Assembly (NCBI GenBank): GCA_048013815.1
Contig: CM106585.1
Location: 21,204,001 to 21,268,000 of the forward strand
DNA length: 64,000 nt
DNA from: Setoptus koraiensis
Taxonomy: Eukaryota; Animalia; Arthropoda
Reading direction: 5' to 3'
The stretch's first letter is position 1, and the number at the start of each line of letters is the position of its first letter. The notes under the pieces were generated by a model. The model saw only the letters and a program-made list of their open reading frames with translations. It searched no databases and had not been told where the DNA came from. The translations under genes and the position numbers were made by a program. Shown in pieces: positions 1 through 12,932 of the stretch.

Positions 1-844
1 CAATGCTGGTGCAAATCAATTATGCAACTAATATGCATATTAGTGATGGACACAACACACCGATACGCGCTCTTGTCCAGCGATTAATTGTCCAGCGATC
101 AGTAATCGATTGATAGCTTGACAACACTGGCCTATAATGAGCAATCAGCCGGTAGCTGGCTTGACCGTGCAGCCATGACACAGTACACGGTGCACGGTGC
201 ATCATGTTCAAAGTGGTGTAGTGCATGACCAGTTGCACCAGTTGCACCAGTGGCACCAGCAGCGCTCGCAGCGGCGGCAAGAGACAACAACGAGCAGATT
301 TGTAGAGTGCAACAGCATGTTGTGACTCACAGCCATTGCGAGGGGGGCTCGTGGCCGGCAAGTGCCAGCTGTTTCCGATATAGTGTTACCTGGACTGGCC
401 TGAAGGCGGTTTGGTGTGGCGCATGCGCCCCGCGAGCGGCTACTGTGTTGAGTCTTTTCGTTTTTGTTTTTTTTTTTTGTTTTTCATTTTGCTGGATTTT
501 GTTCGACGGGCGAGCGAACTTCTCGAATGGCCAATCCAGTGGCAAGTTGTTTGAGAGCGAGCATGCGCGTTAACAACAGTTCGACGCTCACATTTGCGCT
601 CACATGCTCAAACGCGACGCGTCGCTTCGATTCGATCAAATTCGGTTAAAGTCGATCAAATCCGATAAAATTCGATAAAATTCGATAAAATTCGATAAAA
701 TTCGATTAAACTGACCATTTGGTGTAACGTTCGACTCGTCCAGTCCAATCGTTTCGACGGACAATTGTGAATCAATTAATTAATTAATCAACGGTCAATA
801 TTGCATCAGCGGCATCAGCAGCAGCAGCAACAACAACAACAGCA

Positions 845-940
845 ACAACCAACAACCAACAACCAACAACCAACAACCAACAACCAACAACCAACAACCA
901 ACAACCAACAACCAACAATCAACAACCAACAACCAACAAC
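845..940. repeat. (AACAACC)n 7-mer array, preceded by CAG/CAA runs, upstream of the Serrate start
   Basis: Read directly from the sequence. Confidence 0.92.
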
Positions 941-1144
941 CAGCAACAGCAACCTCATCGGCAACAACAAGTGCAACAACGACAACGACAAATGAGCAAA
1001 CAGAGCCACCCAATGAATTGGCTCAATTTACTGTTTAGGCGAGGTTGCCAGCGCAACGAGAGAGCCAAACAGAGCAGCAACAATCCTGGTGCCAACACTC
1101 ATTCAATCAGCACTAAATCAGCGACTGAAACGACATCACCAATA

Positions 1145-1537
1145 ATGGCAAATGCGGTGCACGCGCCGCCCTCACTAATAACAATAGTGACATTGGCAGC
1201 AGTAGTAATGTCCATGTTAGTGTCACGTGTTAGCTCGTCGGGAATGGTAGAGTTTGAATTCACCCATTTGGAGCAGCTCGATGTGAGCGGTCAGCATGCG
1301 AACGGATCGCGAACGAACAATCCCTCAATTAAGCTGACCATTTGTCTAAAAGAGGCCTTTGCCAGTCATTTGGGCCAGCCGTGTGCCTATGGCAACTCCA
1401 CCATAACATTGGCCAGACATCAGCACAATTCACCATTCAATCAGACACAATCAGACAATGCAAGCACCAGGCACAACAACAAACGCCAGCCTATATTGTC
1501 GAACCTGGTGAGAATTCCCTTCACATTCAGATGGATG
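1145..1537 (+). CDS. Ser: Serrate/Jagged-type Notch ligand, exon 1 (signal peptide and start of the MNNL/C2 domain); in-frame upstream ATGs at 992 and 1013 are alternative starts
   Basis: Hydrophobic signal-like segment LITIVTLAAVVMSMLVSRVSSS, then SGMVEFEF, ICLKE, CAYG and RIPFTFRWM, matching the DSL-ligand N-terminal pattern. GTGAGT donor at 1538, phase 0. Confidence 0.8.
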
Positions 1538-3867
1538 GTGAGTACAATAATACATCTATTTTCGCTCAAAATTCCATTATTTCCTGTGAAATGAATTATC
1601 CCTGTGCCAACGAGCGGCCTGTGGTGACACTTGCTCAACTGTGCCCACTTTCACTTGTTGCGCAACCAACCACTGCCTCGTTTGTAGCAGATTGAATGAA
1701 ATCATCGAAGCCAACTATGAGTTTGCTCGTGCATAACTCACCTGTGAGCTTCTGGCCATTACTTCATCATGAATTCATTATGGCAACGCAGTCATTCATT
1801 AGAAGCTGTGTTTGCGGCATTCACAATGCCGATATTCACTGTCGGCAATCGGATTCACAATCGCACAGCAGCATTCATTTGCCAGTGCAGCCTTGGGTCG
1901 ATGAAGCTGGCACTCGATGAAGCGGGCACTCGATAAACCTACGATAACAAGTGTTGGGTTTCATCCAAACATCATGAAATAATCTTGAAATATCTGGATG
2001 GAATCATGGCAAATGTAAGATAAATGAATGGCCGATGTTACAGTGATTGTGAGCGAGTCTTCCGTTTCGCATCGCCTTTGTATCATAGGCAATGTATGTA
2101 ATTGTGTAATATGCATTCATTTTATCATGCATAATCACAAGCATTTTATCTGTCGGCACAGGCCATGTTATGATACTGGTATTTGATTATCGAAATGATA
2201 ATTGTCGATGATGTTTGCGCGCCCGCATCATTATTGGCTCATTACATCATGAGAATGATCTTGAAAATTACAAATATTACGAGCACAAGTCGGCAGTGTC
2301 CAGCATTCTGGCTACCGTATTATTTTTGTTGTTGTTGTTGTTTTTCATAATTTTTGCCGCTCGCAAGCATATTGCCTGGATATCTGGCGTTTTGCCGATA
2401 TCTGGCATATTTAGCGGCAAAGCGCCAGATATGGGCAATGTCTGGCTTGAGACAGGCGGCACAGTTGGAATTGGTCAATATCAATCTAGTTACATCATCG
2501 GTGGTGGCTTTTGATGTTGGAAGCGGCTCGCATGATAGCATGCGAGCGGCAAGTTATCATGATGGTAGCTGCAACAGTAGCCACAACGGCAACAAGCAAA
2601 CGTTGCGTAGAAAGTGACCATCGCCATCACCATCAACAGGTGATTCTCGCTATCCAACTCGGCATCGTTGGCCGCGAATTCATCGTTGGCCGCGGGTTCA
2701 TCAGTGGCACCGAATTCATCAGCGGCAGCGGATTCATCATGATTCGAGCGAGCCCTGGCGGCACAATCGGGCGGCACAATCGGGCGACCAAGTTCAAGGT
2801 GACCGGCGAGGGGCAGGTGATTTTTGTGTTGTGCTGTCATTGCTGTTATTTTGCACAATTGTCGAGCACGGCACCTGAGATCGCTGATTGCAAAGAGCTG
2901 TTATGAGTGGCTTTGCGGCAACAACTGGCAGTCATAACAGTAACAGTCATGACAACAGTGACAGACAGTGGCAGCAGATGGACGCGACGAGCGCAAGTTT
3001 TTATTCTTAATTTGCACAATCATGATCCGCAATCAAAGCTGCCAAGAAAGAAGCGTCTTGTCGGTTTGTTGTTGTCGTCGGTGTCGGTGTTGCTACTGCT
3101 GCTGCTGCTGTTGCGACAACGACTGCACGACCGAGCAACGAGCGCCAATTGACGTGAGGCGTCTTGTTGCGCATTGTCACTGTCGACATAACACGACTAC
3201 CGGTCATGTAAGCGCCGGACAACGTGAATTCAACATTCACAACGAAAAGCAGAGGAGCGTGCGAGTGTCACGTAGCGCAATCGCGACTCGAGCAGCCGTT
3301 GCGAGTCTTGAGTTGTGATTCTTTAGTTGTGAGTTGTGATTCGTTAGTTGTGAGCTGGATTCGTTAGTTGTGAGTCTTGAGTGTGTTGGTTTTATTGGAA
3401 CACGACGGAGGGAATTCTCGCGAAAACCAATTAAAGCATCAGCTGCCAAGCGTCGCGTTTACGTTACCAAACACAACATTGCTCGGCCGATCCGCTGCTG
3501 GCGCTGACGACGATGACGATGCTGACGATGCTGACGATGATGAGGATGATGCTTTTCTTAAGAATGGCATTGTTTTTCGCAAACGATGCAAACCGCTCAA
3601 CGACAACCCCGCCAACGACGACCCCGCCAACAACCGCCACAACCACTGCCGCAACAACCACAACAATGCTTGTGCGTGCTTTGCATATCTCGCGCCGCAT
3701 GTTTCGGCTAATACCTGGCGATAAACATGATAATATCAACCTGAGGGGGCTACTGTTGCCATTTTTCGAGCTCGCACCAGCAGTACATAACGTGTATCAC
3801 AGCGCCAGCACAATGCGAACGTTTCCCGTTGCAAGTCGCCGTTGTCGTTGGCGTCGCCGTTGTCGCC

Positions 3868-3953
3868 ACAACAGCAACAACAACAGCAACAACAACAGCA
3901 ACAACAACAGCAACAACAACAGCAACAACAACAGCAACAACAACAGCAACAGC
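3868..3953. repeat. (AACAACAACAGC)n 12-mer array in Serrate intron 1
   Basis: Read directly from the sequence. Confidence 0.92.
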
Positions 3954-5062
3954 ACGGGCAAAGGGTCCCCTGGATGCAGAGGCGCGGTGCAGAGAAAAGC
4001 TGCACAGTCGGGTAAAGTCAGGTGAATATTATATATTATGAATAGTCCGCCGGAGAGTGTGCCCATGCGCCAGAGAGTGGCGCAGCAATCACAGCCTCGC
4101 TGACAATGCGAACGGCGATTTGCCGTTTTGCCCATATGTGCCCATGCAAAGTGCAACGTGGACGCGCCACTGCTCACTGCCTAAACTAACTAATTATCGC
4201 TCTCTTTACCTGTCCGCTTCACCTGTCCGCTGTGTGAGTGCGCGAAAACTCGAGATAAATGAAGTGGAAAAGTTCATTAACAATGTCCACTGCAATACAA
4301 CTGCTGCTGCCACTGGCCAGACAGCGCATGAGTGGCCGTTGTTTGTAATCACCTAAAATGTAAAATTAAGGGTATAGTTCTGGGTATTAGAATATACACT
4401 TATGCAACTTGTGCGTAGCTTATGTTTGCTTATTGGACGGGGGCAGTTTCAGTTTTTGGCGCGCTGTTGCCCCGGGCTAAAACTATTGGCACTTGATGGT
4501 CGGTTGCTGTGTGAGCGGCTCATTGCCTAGCCATCGTCTAGTCGTGGCCACTTTTCCACACAGGCCAACAACGACAACAGCGGCAACAACAACAGCAACA
4601 GCAGCAACAACATCGCCAGCCGGTAGCAACAAGTGTGCGCCGGCCAAAGCGGCATAAATTAGATTATGATGATGCATAATTTTAAACTTTTTTATCATCG
4701 GCATGCAATCTTTTTGTGTCTGCTCGTTGTTGTTGGTTGTTGGCCGGCGTTGTTGGCCGGCGTTGTTGCAGCCTCGCAACAGCGCTTGTAACAGCGCTTG
4801 TAACAGACTGTCGGTGCTGCCAACAGCGACAGCCAACAACCAACAACAAGCGCCAACAACGACAACCGCCGGCACACTTGACTGATCGCCAGTCATGCTC
4901 GCATGAGCAATATGCCGCCCGGCCGACAGCAACTTTCTCAATCTTTGTTTGCAGCTCGTGCAACAGGTGAGCGTCGTCGCTCGGACACACACTGTTATCG
5001 CGCCACATCTGGTCAGTACTGTCGACTGTTGTTGTCGTTGCCGTCGTTGTGTCGCTGTTGTC

Positions 5063-5156
5063 GTTGCTGTTGTTGCTGTTGTTGCTGTTGTTGCTGTTGT
5101 TGCTGTTGTTGCTGTTGTTGCTGTTGTTGCTGTTGTTGCTGTTGTTGCTGTTGTTG
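5063..5156. repeat. (GCTGTTGTT)n 9-mer array in Serrate intron 1
   Basis: Read directly from the sequence. Confidence 0.92.
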
Positions 5157-8100
5157 TGTCGTGTCGTTGCTGTCGCTGTTGTCGTCGTGTCGGTGTGCTC
5201 GTTGTCGTTGTCGGTGTGTCGCTGCCGAGTCAGCGGTCGCATAGCCAACAATGAATGAACCAATGAATGGGTGTGTGTTCCGCGGGCCAGGTGAATGAGA
5301 GTTTGTGAATGAGTGTGAGAGCGATCATTATCTTGCTCTGTGATTCTAATTATAATCTTGAGTCGCTCTCAGCTGTTGCTACTCTCATGCAACCAGATTG
5401 TTTATGTGTCACAAGTGGCCATGATAACACTAACCGTGACAATACAAGCTGCTGCTGCTGCCTCTGCTGGCCAAACCATGAAAACAACAATAACAATAAA
5501 ACTATGAAATTCATAAAACTGTCCTCTGTCGACACAGGCGTCGCCTATAGCGACCCCAGCTCGAGCCACAGCTAAATGATGCGATGACATTAATTGAATT
5601 AATTGTATTAATTGTATTAATGAACTCAGCGCCACCGCCACAAAACGGCCCACGCAGCACCTATACTAAATATAGGTTAGCTGCAAGCTCGCGTAAGACG
5701 CTTGAGATTCTCAAGTTGAGAGATAAGAGAGCGATGAGACCATTGGACGCGATTCTCAGGCTCGGCCGATTCGCCTTCATCCGGGCACCTTTTACGACCG
5801 CACGGCCCATTGTTTGTTTGTTGGTCGCACTCCGACGTTTGACTCGCACTCCGACGTTTGACTCGCAATCTGACATTCGAGCCGCACTCTGAGACTCGTC
5901 GCGAGATGAGGCCGACTGATTAGCTTGTGTCCACTATTATAAATTATGGCCACTGCGCGGCCATTTGTTTGTTATGTTTGTTTATGTGTCCACTAGTCCA
6001 TGGAGTGTTACGCAATAAACAGCTGATCAACAGCGGCCAATCAACAGGTGAACTTGATCAACTGGCTGGCCGTGCTACTGATGCTGACGTAAATGCAAAT
6101 GAGCACTCGGTGCAACGGCAGCAGCACACATTGTTGGCCAACTTGCAAATTGTCCTACTAATAAACAAAACTCATCCGATATGCTGCCGCTACTCACCGG
6201 CTCTCGGGTGTAATATCTGCCTGTTATCTGGCCATCTTGCTCTGTGCGCCGGTTTATCTGGCCGCCGGTTCATCTGGCCGGCTCGCCAAGGGCCGGCTTG
6301 TAATGGGCCGACAAATGGGCCGCCAAATGAGCCGGCCAGCGCCGCTTAATTGGCTGGCGCGTCTCGTTGGCTTGTACGTTCGAAATGCTGCGACCGGCGA
6401 AAGGCGATAGGCGATTCGCTTCGAGTGCCTCGGGCCGAATTCGAGCAACGACGAATGGGCAGCATCGCATATCGCATAATTGTGCAAGCTTCTTTTCATC
6501 TGTTCGTCTAAAATCGTGATATCACACATTATTTGTTGTTGTGTCTTGTGCTGCCTACCGGCTACTGCTCTCAATGAACAATTTAACCAATATTACATAT
6601 AATATATTGCCTATGGTATGGGCAGTGGTAGCTCGTGCGACCACTGCCTCCGTAATGCCATAATGCAGATCCATGGCCATACAATGGACTCCATTGAATG
6701 GAGTATGGTCACCAAATTGGAGCCCGACCGGCCGCAACCTGGCTACAGCGCATACATTAATTGTGAATACGTCCAGTGGGATCATACTCGCCAATGGCAA
6801 CCAGCTCAACGACGAGGCCAATGATGGTGGCTAAATTGTTAATTAGCAAGTGCGAACGAAAGGGGAGTCCGATCACGATTGTGTGTCGATAACATAATAT
6901 ACGTAATATGACAACATGGCAATGATGTAATCGCGCGTTGTATCGTAAATCGTGTTGTTTTATCGCCATGGTATTATCCTGCTCACTCCTACAATGAACC
7001 CACTGTTTCTCACTCCTCCAACTAAAATTGTCTGAACACCGATACTCAGCGATACTCACAAGCGATACACAACCACGGAGAAGCGTTTCGAGTCTCGCCG
7101 AGTATACGCCGACGCCGCGAATTCTCGATTCGCGATTTCAGTTCATTTATCAGCATTCGGGCCGCTTGTTTCATCGATTCGACGACGGCCGTTGCTGTTC
7201 ATTGAGCGCCAGATAACATTAAATTAATATTACCAGCATGTTAACAACAACTGTGCCACAATTAATTGTTGTTCAACCTAATGGTAATTAATATCACTTT
7301 GTCCACTATTATTGCGCGCCACGCTGGCCGGCCATTCAAGACGCCACAGCGCTGCCAAAACAAACAACTAATGACGATATTAGCATTTAAATTGAATCTA
7401 ATCTCTCTCGCTGCCGTCGAGTCTGGGCCATTTCGGCGCCTCAGCCGTTTCACTTTGTGTCCGTTTCACTGTGAGTTTGTTTCACTGTGAGTTTGTTTCA
7501 CTTTGTGTCCGTTGTGCTGAAACTAAAGCCGTCCTACCAGCCAACAACTAGACGACGAGATACCAGCGCAGATATAACGCGACGCAAGCCACTAAAATAA
7601 ACAAGCGCTTGTGTGTAATATGATTTTTTTGCCGATCTTCATGTTGCTGGCTCGCAATGGAGCTGCCTCGAACACTCGAGAACTCGGGAACTCGAGAACT
7701 CGAGCGCTTCTGAGCCGCCGATTGGCCACCATATGCGCTCGTCACGGCCTCAAAAAACTGCAGTTAACTGCATTAGCCACAGAGAAGCGCGACAAAAACA
7801 ACATAAAGCAGCATCTCGCACCAGATATTCAAGTATGTTATTCAAGTTATTTGCATAGTTGTTCAAATCGCGGCATCGTCGTATCAAACAGGCAGCTTCG
7901 TGCTCGTCACTGCTGGATATAACTGACTGGATATTCGCAATTGGAAATTTGTCAATTTGTTGGCCTGGCCACAATGCTTGTTATTGTTGCGCTTGCTTTT
8001 TTGTTGGCTTCTCCGCAAATCCAAATTGATTTCCATAAATGATTTAATCTTGGCCGGCGCGACGGCCAGCGCCTGTGCATGTGTCGTGGTTGCATATATA

Positions 8101-9000
8101 ATCCAATGAATATGTACCAACGAGCATCGCGTGACACACGTCGGGCCTTGACAGCTTACTCGCTTTTACATCATGTCGCGTTTTGCCTGCCAAAAACCAC
8201 ACATCGTCTCAAATTATCCACCGACACATATCAAGATGTTCGAACATCGCGAGATGCGCTATTTATACATATTGTTGTTGCAATCTTTTGATCGTCACAT
8301 GCACAATTTTAGACAATTCCTCGGACCACCATGGGTCAGTCATGTCCAGTCATTGGCGGACGTGACTCAATTTTGTTGGCCATCGCGGCCAACAGACGAC
8401 AAGATCTCATCTCGTGAGCCTGTGGGTGGTATGCACGACGCCAACAGACGATGCCAATCGTTCATTCTTTGCGATTATTTGTGTGTGTCAATGAAAATTC
8501 TCTGTCCGCTTTTGGTGCTTTTGGCGTATCTGCATTGTTTATCGAATTCGCTCCCTCAACCATGAGTGCACACCAATACCAATGGCGGTTGTAATTGCAA
8601 ACACTAATTACAAATTATAAATTATGAATTATAAAATATGAATTATAAATTATGAATCATCAATAGCGCTGACAGTTGAAGCGCTCGATTGGCAGCCGTA
8701 TTGAGAAAAGAATTTTGCCCGAGAATGAATGACAACAAACCGACTGGCAGCGTCATTTGTTGGCTACTTGCATCCGTCTCTAGCTGTCAGTGGTGCTCGT
8801 TCAAGTCTAAGTGACATCGATCGAAATCAATCAGTTCTACTAGAGTGCTTCTACTATGACACTGGCGCATTAGTTGCACCGGTTGACCATTAACTGGCCA
8901 ATTTCCGATTCTAGGTCCATTCAGATAATATTCATGAATGAGTAATCAGCAATTATCTTCTTTTCTCTATTTAATTGCCTCATTTTTTTGTTGTATGCAG

Positions 9001-9338
9001 AAATCATTTACGCTCATAGTGACTGTTGAAAATCAGCAAACAACGGCCAATCCGTCATCTGTCATCACCACCAGACACACACCATCAAATCGGCTCAACG
9101 TGAACATTTTCAATCAACAAGTCAATCAAAGTAGCCAACATGCTACAATATCAGTCCATTCGTACAGCATCAAACAAACTAACACCACCGACCCAAATTC
9201 AATGCCAGAGAGATATGTGTTCACTGAGAATGAGGTGCTACCTATACAAGACCAGTCCAGTGGTAGTATTAACAGTTGGACTGAAAGGACCCAACGGAGC
9301 TCTAGAAATTTCAAATCATCATTGAATTACAGATTCAG
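9001..9338 (+). CDS. Ser: Serrate-type ligand, exon 2 (rest of C2 domain, with an S/T/N/Q-rich insert)
   Basis: Pyrimidine tract and CAG acceptor at 8998-9000. The join gives RWM|KSFTLIVTVE, the FxWP-xFSLIVE motif, and the exon ends SLNYRFR. GTAAGC donor at 9339, phase 2. Confidence 0.85.
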
Positions 9339-9453
9339 GTAAGCCTACTGAGGAATGCCACTATAACAACCACTATAAATCTACTTTGTTCATTGTGATG
9401 GAGCAATCAATTATAACTATCTACAATCATAACTATTGTTCATATTCAAATAG

Positions 9454-9890
9454 GATCTATTGTTCGCCGCACTATTATGGCGATGATTGCGCAACATTTT
9501 GTCGCGATCGCAGCGACAATTTTGGCCACTATAACTGTAGCCCGGCTGGACAAAAGATTTGCCACGAAGGTTGGAAGGGCGCAGATTGTGACATTGCCAA
9601 ATGTCGTCAAGATTGTAACGAGATGCACGGATTTTGTGACACACCTAACACGTGCTCGTGCCGGCCAGGCTGGACTGGTCCAAGATGCGATCAATGCATA
9701 CCCTATCCAGGCTGCAAGAACGGATATTGTTTATCTCCCTGGCAATGTCTATGCAACAAAAATTGGGGCGGCATTTTGTGCGATGGAGATCTAAACTATT
9801 GCGGAACCCATGAACCTTGTCTCAACAATGCATCATGCCAGAATGTTGCGCCTGATCGCTATAAATGCAATTGTTTGCCCGGATATACTG
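9454..9890 (+). CDS. Ser: Serrate-type ligand, exon 3 (DSL domain and EGF1-3)
   Basis: TAG acceptor at 9451-9453. DSL domain YCSPHYYGDDCATFCRDRSDNFGHYNC...CHEGWKGADC. EGF3 DLNYCGTHEPC...APDRYKCNC resembles Serrate/Jagged rather than Delta. GTAAGT donor at 9891, phase 1. Confidence 0.93.
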
Positions 9891-10031
9891 GTAAGTGAAA
9901 CAAAGTAAAAGTAGCCTGACTCGGCTTGATTACCTGCGAGCAACCCATTTTCGGCACTTATAAGAACAGTAATATAAAATTTATATTTTCAAACGACAAC
10001 CCATTCCATTGCCGTCTCTGTATCCGCTTAG

Positions 10032-10459
10032 GTGAAAATTGTGGAGTCAAAGATACGGCTTGCGCAACAAATCCATGCCAGAACGGCGGTCACTGTGTCT
10101 TAAAACGAAATCGCACGAATGTCAATGAAGTGTTCAATCAAACTGTAGACACAATTATAAGACAACAATCAAAAAAGACTCACTTAGAGCCTTCATTCAT
10201 CTGCAGTTGTCCGTCTGGCCTCACTGGACAATTTTGTGAGGTAGCCATCATTTCTAGTCCGATTTACCCCGTCATAAACGCAACAACAACAACAGCAACA
10301 GCGACAACAACGACAATGGAAACAAAATCTAGCAACAGAAGCTCTTGTGCTGAGGAAATTCCATGCTCTGCCAACTCTAACGAATTGCTTAAATGTCAAG
10401 TTTCGTTTTTCAAATATTACAGTGAGATCATCCGAGATAGAGGAACCATGTTTAGATGG
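10032..10459 (+). CDS. Ser: Serrate-type ligand, exon 4 (EGF4 with a long loop insertion, then a Thr-rich stalk)
   Basis: TAG acceptor ends at 10031, frame-consistent join YTG|ENC. CATNPCQNGGHC...CSCPSGLTGQFC. GTAAGT donor at 10460, phase 0. Confidence 0.85.
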
Positions 10460-10563
10460 GTAAGTGAATCATCCATCCAATCACTCGCAATCTATTCCCC
10501 TACATGAACGCCAATCAACAATAATTAATTAATAAATTCCATTGTTTCTCGCCCAAATTACAG

Positions 10564-10950
10564 ATCACAATACTAGCCTTAATAAACATAGTTGCTGGTC
10601 TTATCTTCATCACGCTAATCTCACCTAGGGAGCGAGCACTCGAGGCAAGACTAATCAGTATCATAGGAGATGTAAGAAATAGTTACAATTGGCCCCTCGT
10701 AGGCAATCCCACTTTGCCCAAGGACGATCCACCTGAGTACAGTCCCCCTCAGATATCAATTGATGACATGTTAGAAACTAAGTATGATGCGACCAAAAAA
10801 TACCACTCATCTAATAAGACCACAAAGCCCGGCTGGCCATGCCCTGTCCATGATGTCGAAAAACAAGATTACACAACAACTCTGAATTCTAAACTTGTTG
10901 ACGAACCGCCACTATTTGTGAAAAAAGGGCAAGGAGAAATCTGGATATAA
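10564..10950 (+). CDS. Ser: Serrate-type ligand, exon 5 (transmembrane helix and intracellular tail)
   Basis: CAG acceptor at 10561-10563. Translates ITILALINIVAGLIFITLI (TM) and is in frame with track ORF 10714..10950, ending GEIWI*. The five exons from ATG 1145 total 1983 nt (660 aa). Confidence 0.8.
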   Translation: MTILALINIVAGLIFITLISPRERALEARLISIIGDVRNSYNWPLVGNPTLPKDDPPEYSPPQISIDDMLETKYDATKKYHSSNKTTKPGWPCPVHDVEKQDYTTTLNSKLVDEPPLFVKKGQGEIWI

Positions 10951-11269
10951 CACTTCTGCAACACAGTTGAGAACCTTTGTTATCTTTTTTTACTGTAATA
11001 TATAAAAAGTATGTGTTTATACTACTGTACTATTATTATGTTGTTTATGAAAATGTATCCCATCAATACTATCATAGTTCGCCTCATCATAGGTCGAGCA
11101 TGATCATGTACTATAAACTAGGACTATTTACTAGGAAAGTAGATGTCCACACGTGTTCATTAAAATGAATAATCGATTGCTTGATTGAATTTAATTAAAC
11201 TTTTATCGTTTGATTGACAGCGCATTTTACTCAAAATATATTGCACATGTGATGTTTTTTAAATATAAA

Positions 11270-12932
11270 TTATACTCTCATTGTGGACAAATTCTCACTT
11301 ACAGTAAACGTACATCCGGTTGATTGTTTTATTTCATCAACAGAAACACCTTCGGCAATCTCCGTTAGTGTCAGGCCTTGATTGGGCAAAAATCTAAAGA
11401 CCGCCTTCTCTGTTATTATTGTATCGACACAACTTGATCCAGTCAAGGGTAAATCACATTTTTCCACTATTTTAGGTTTTCCATCTTTACTACAGTGTTC
11501 CATAACAACTACTAATCTAGTTCCTGAAACACTTGCAGCAGCCAAATCGGCGGCTCCGCCAAAACCCTTGATTAATTTGCCAGGAACCATCCAGTTAGCC
11601 AGGTCTGCAGATTTCGAAACTTGCATACCACCAAGAATAGTGACATCTAAATGACCGCCTCTTATCATAGCGAAAGATTCATCGCTTGGAAAAAATGAGG
11701 CGCCTGGTAAGACGGATACAGTCTCTTTAGCGGCATTGACAAGATCCGCATCTACATCTTTCTCGTCAGGATATGGTCCCATTGCGAGTAGACCATTTTC
11801 GCTGTGGAATGTAACGTTGACACCAGAGGGAAGAAAATTGGCAGTTAGCACGGGCATGCCGATACCAAGATTGACATTCATACCATCTTTCAACTCAAGA
11901 GCGGCTCTCTTGGCTATTCTTTCTCTTGTTAGTTGTGCCCTAGACTTTGTTGATTCATCCTTGGGGGTCATATTCTGTCTTGTGGTGACTTTTTCAATTC
12001 TCTTCTCGTAATTATGTCCTCTAATAATACGATCCACATAAATAGCAGGAATATGCACTTCATCTGGCTTCAATACACCCACATCGACTATCTCCTCGAC
12101 TTCAGCAATTGTCACTTTTGCGGCCTTGCACATGGTCGCATTGAAATTCCTGGCACTCAATCTAAAAATTAAGTTACCTGCCTTATCGGCTTTGTAAGCT
12201 TTCACAAGAGCAAAATCGGCCTTGATGGCCTCCTCCAAAATATAATGTTTACCATTATGTTCAATAGAGGGTTTGGCTTTACTATGCATGACAACATTAC
12301 CATTATTGTCGTATTTGATTGGGGCACCTCCGTGATGAACCAACGTATTATATCCAGTGGGTGTGTAGAACAGAGGGATGCCAGCACCCCCCGCACGTAT
12401 TTTTTCAGCAAGGGTACCCTGGGGCACAAATTCTAGTTCCAGATCTCCGCGTAGATATTGGGCTTCAAAGAGTTTGTTTTCGCCTACATAAGATGATATC
12501 ATGCGTTTGACTTGATTTTGCCTCAGCAGAAGTCCAACTCCGAAGTCGCTAACTCCCACATTATTGCTTACAACAGTGAGTTTATTGATTTCCTTTTTGG
12601 CTGCAAGTGCCGCTATCAAGTGTTCTGTGATAATGTTATATGGGAATGTTTGCGATGATTGGTTGACATGGTGTGACAACTACGATCTGTGACGTTAGTG
12701 ACGAGTGGGAAGAAAGTACAACGGACTCACCTGGTATTCCGCACAATCCAAATCCGCCTGACAATATGAGAGAGTTTGATTTGATGTCGTGAATGGCATC
12801 CTCTGCCTTGTCGAAAATTTTCGCATTGTTGACAGCCGTTACCCTTAGGCCACGCTGAACTGTAGCGAATAGAAGATGTTTTGCGGAATATCCAGTTGAT
12901 GCAGGCGACAGTAACAACGCCAGCGAATTCAT
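11270..12932 (-). CDS. OXCT1: Mitochondrial succinyl-CoA:3-ketoacid CoA transferase (SCOT), ~518 aa; exons 12932-12731 and 12624-11270
   Basis: GGFGLCGIP|EHLI across a 106-nt GT-AG intron (12730-12625). Motifs SYVGEN, PQGTLAE, NLGIGMP, catalytic SENG and MIRGGHLD. Basic amphipathic presequence. Confidence 0.96.

Noticed and set aside
1600-8990. Numerous 60-200 aa ORFs in Serrate intron 1 (poly-Q, N, C, L, T)
   Set aside because: They are translations of microsatellites on both strands, with no domain motifs and mostly non-ATG starts.
9454-9890. Assignment of the Notch ligand as Delta because of its low EGF count
   Set aside because: The DSL and EGF3 residues and the inserted EGF4 fit Serrate/Jagged better. 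A phylogeny is still needed.
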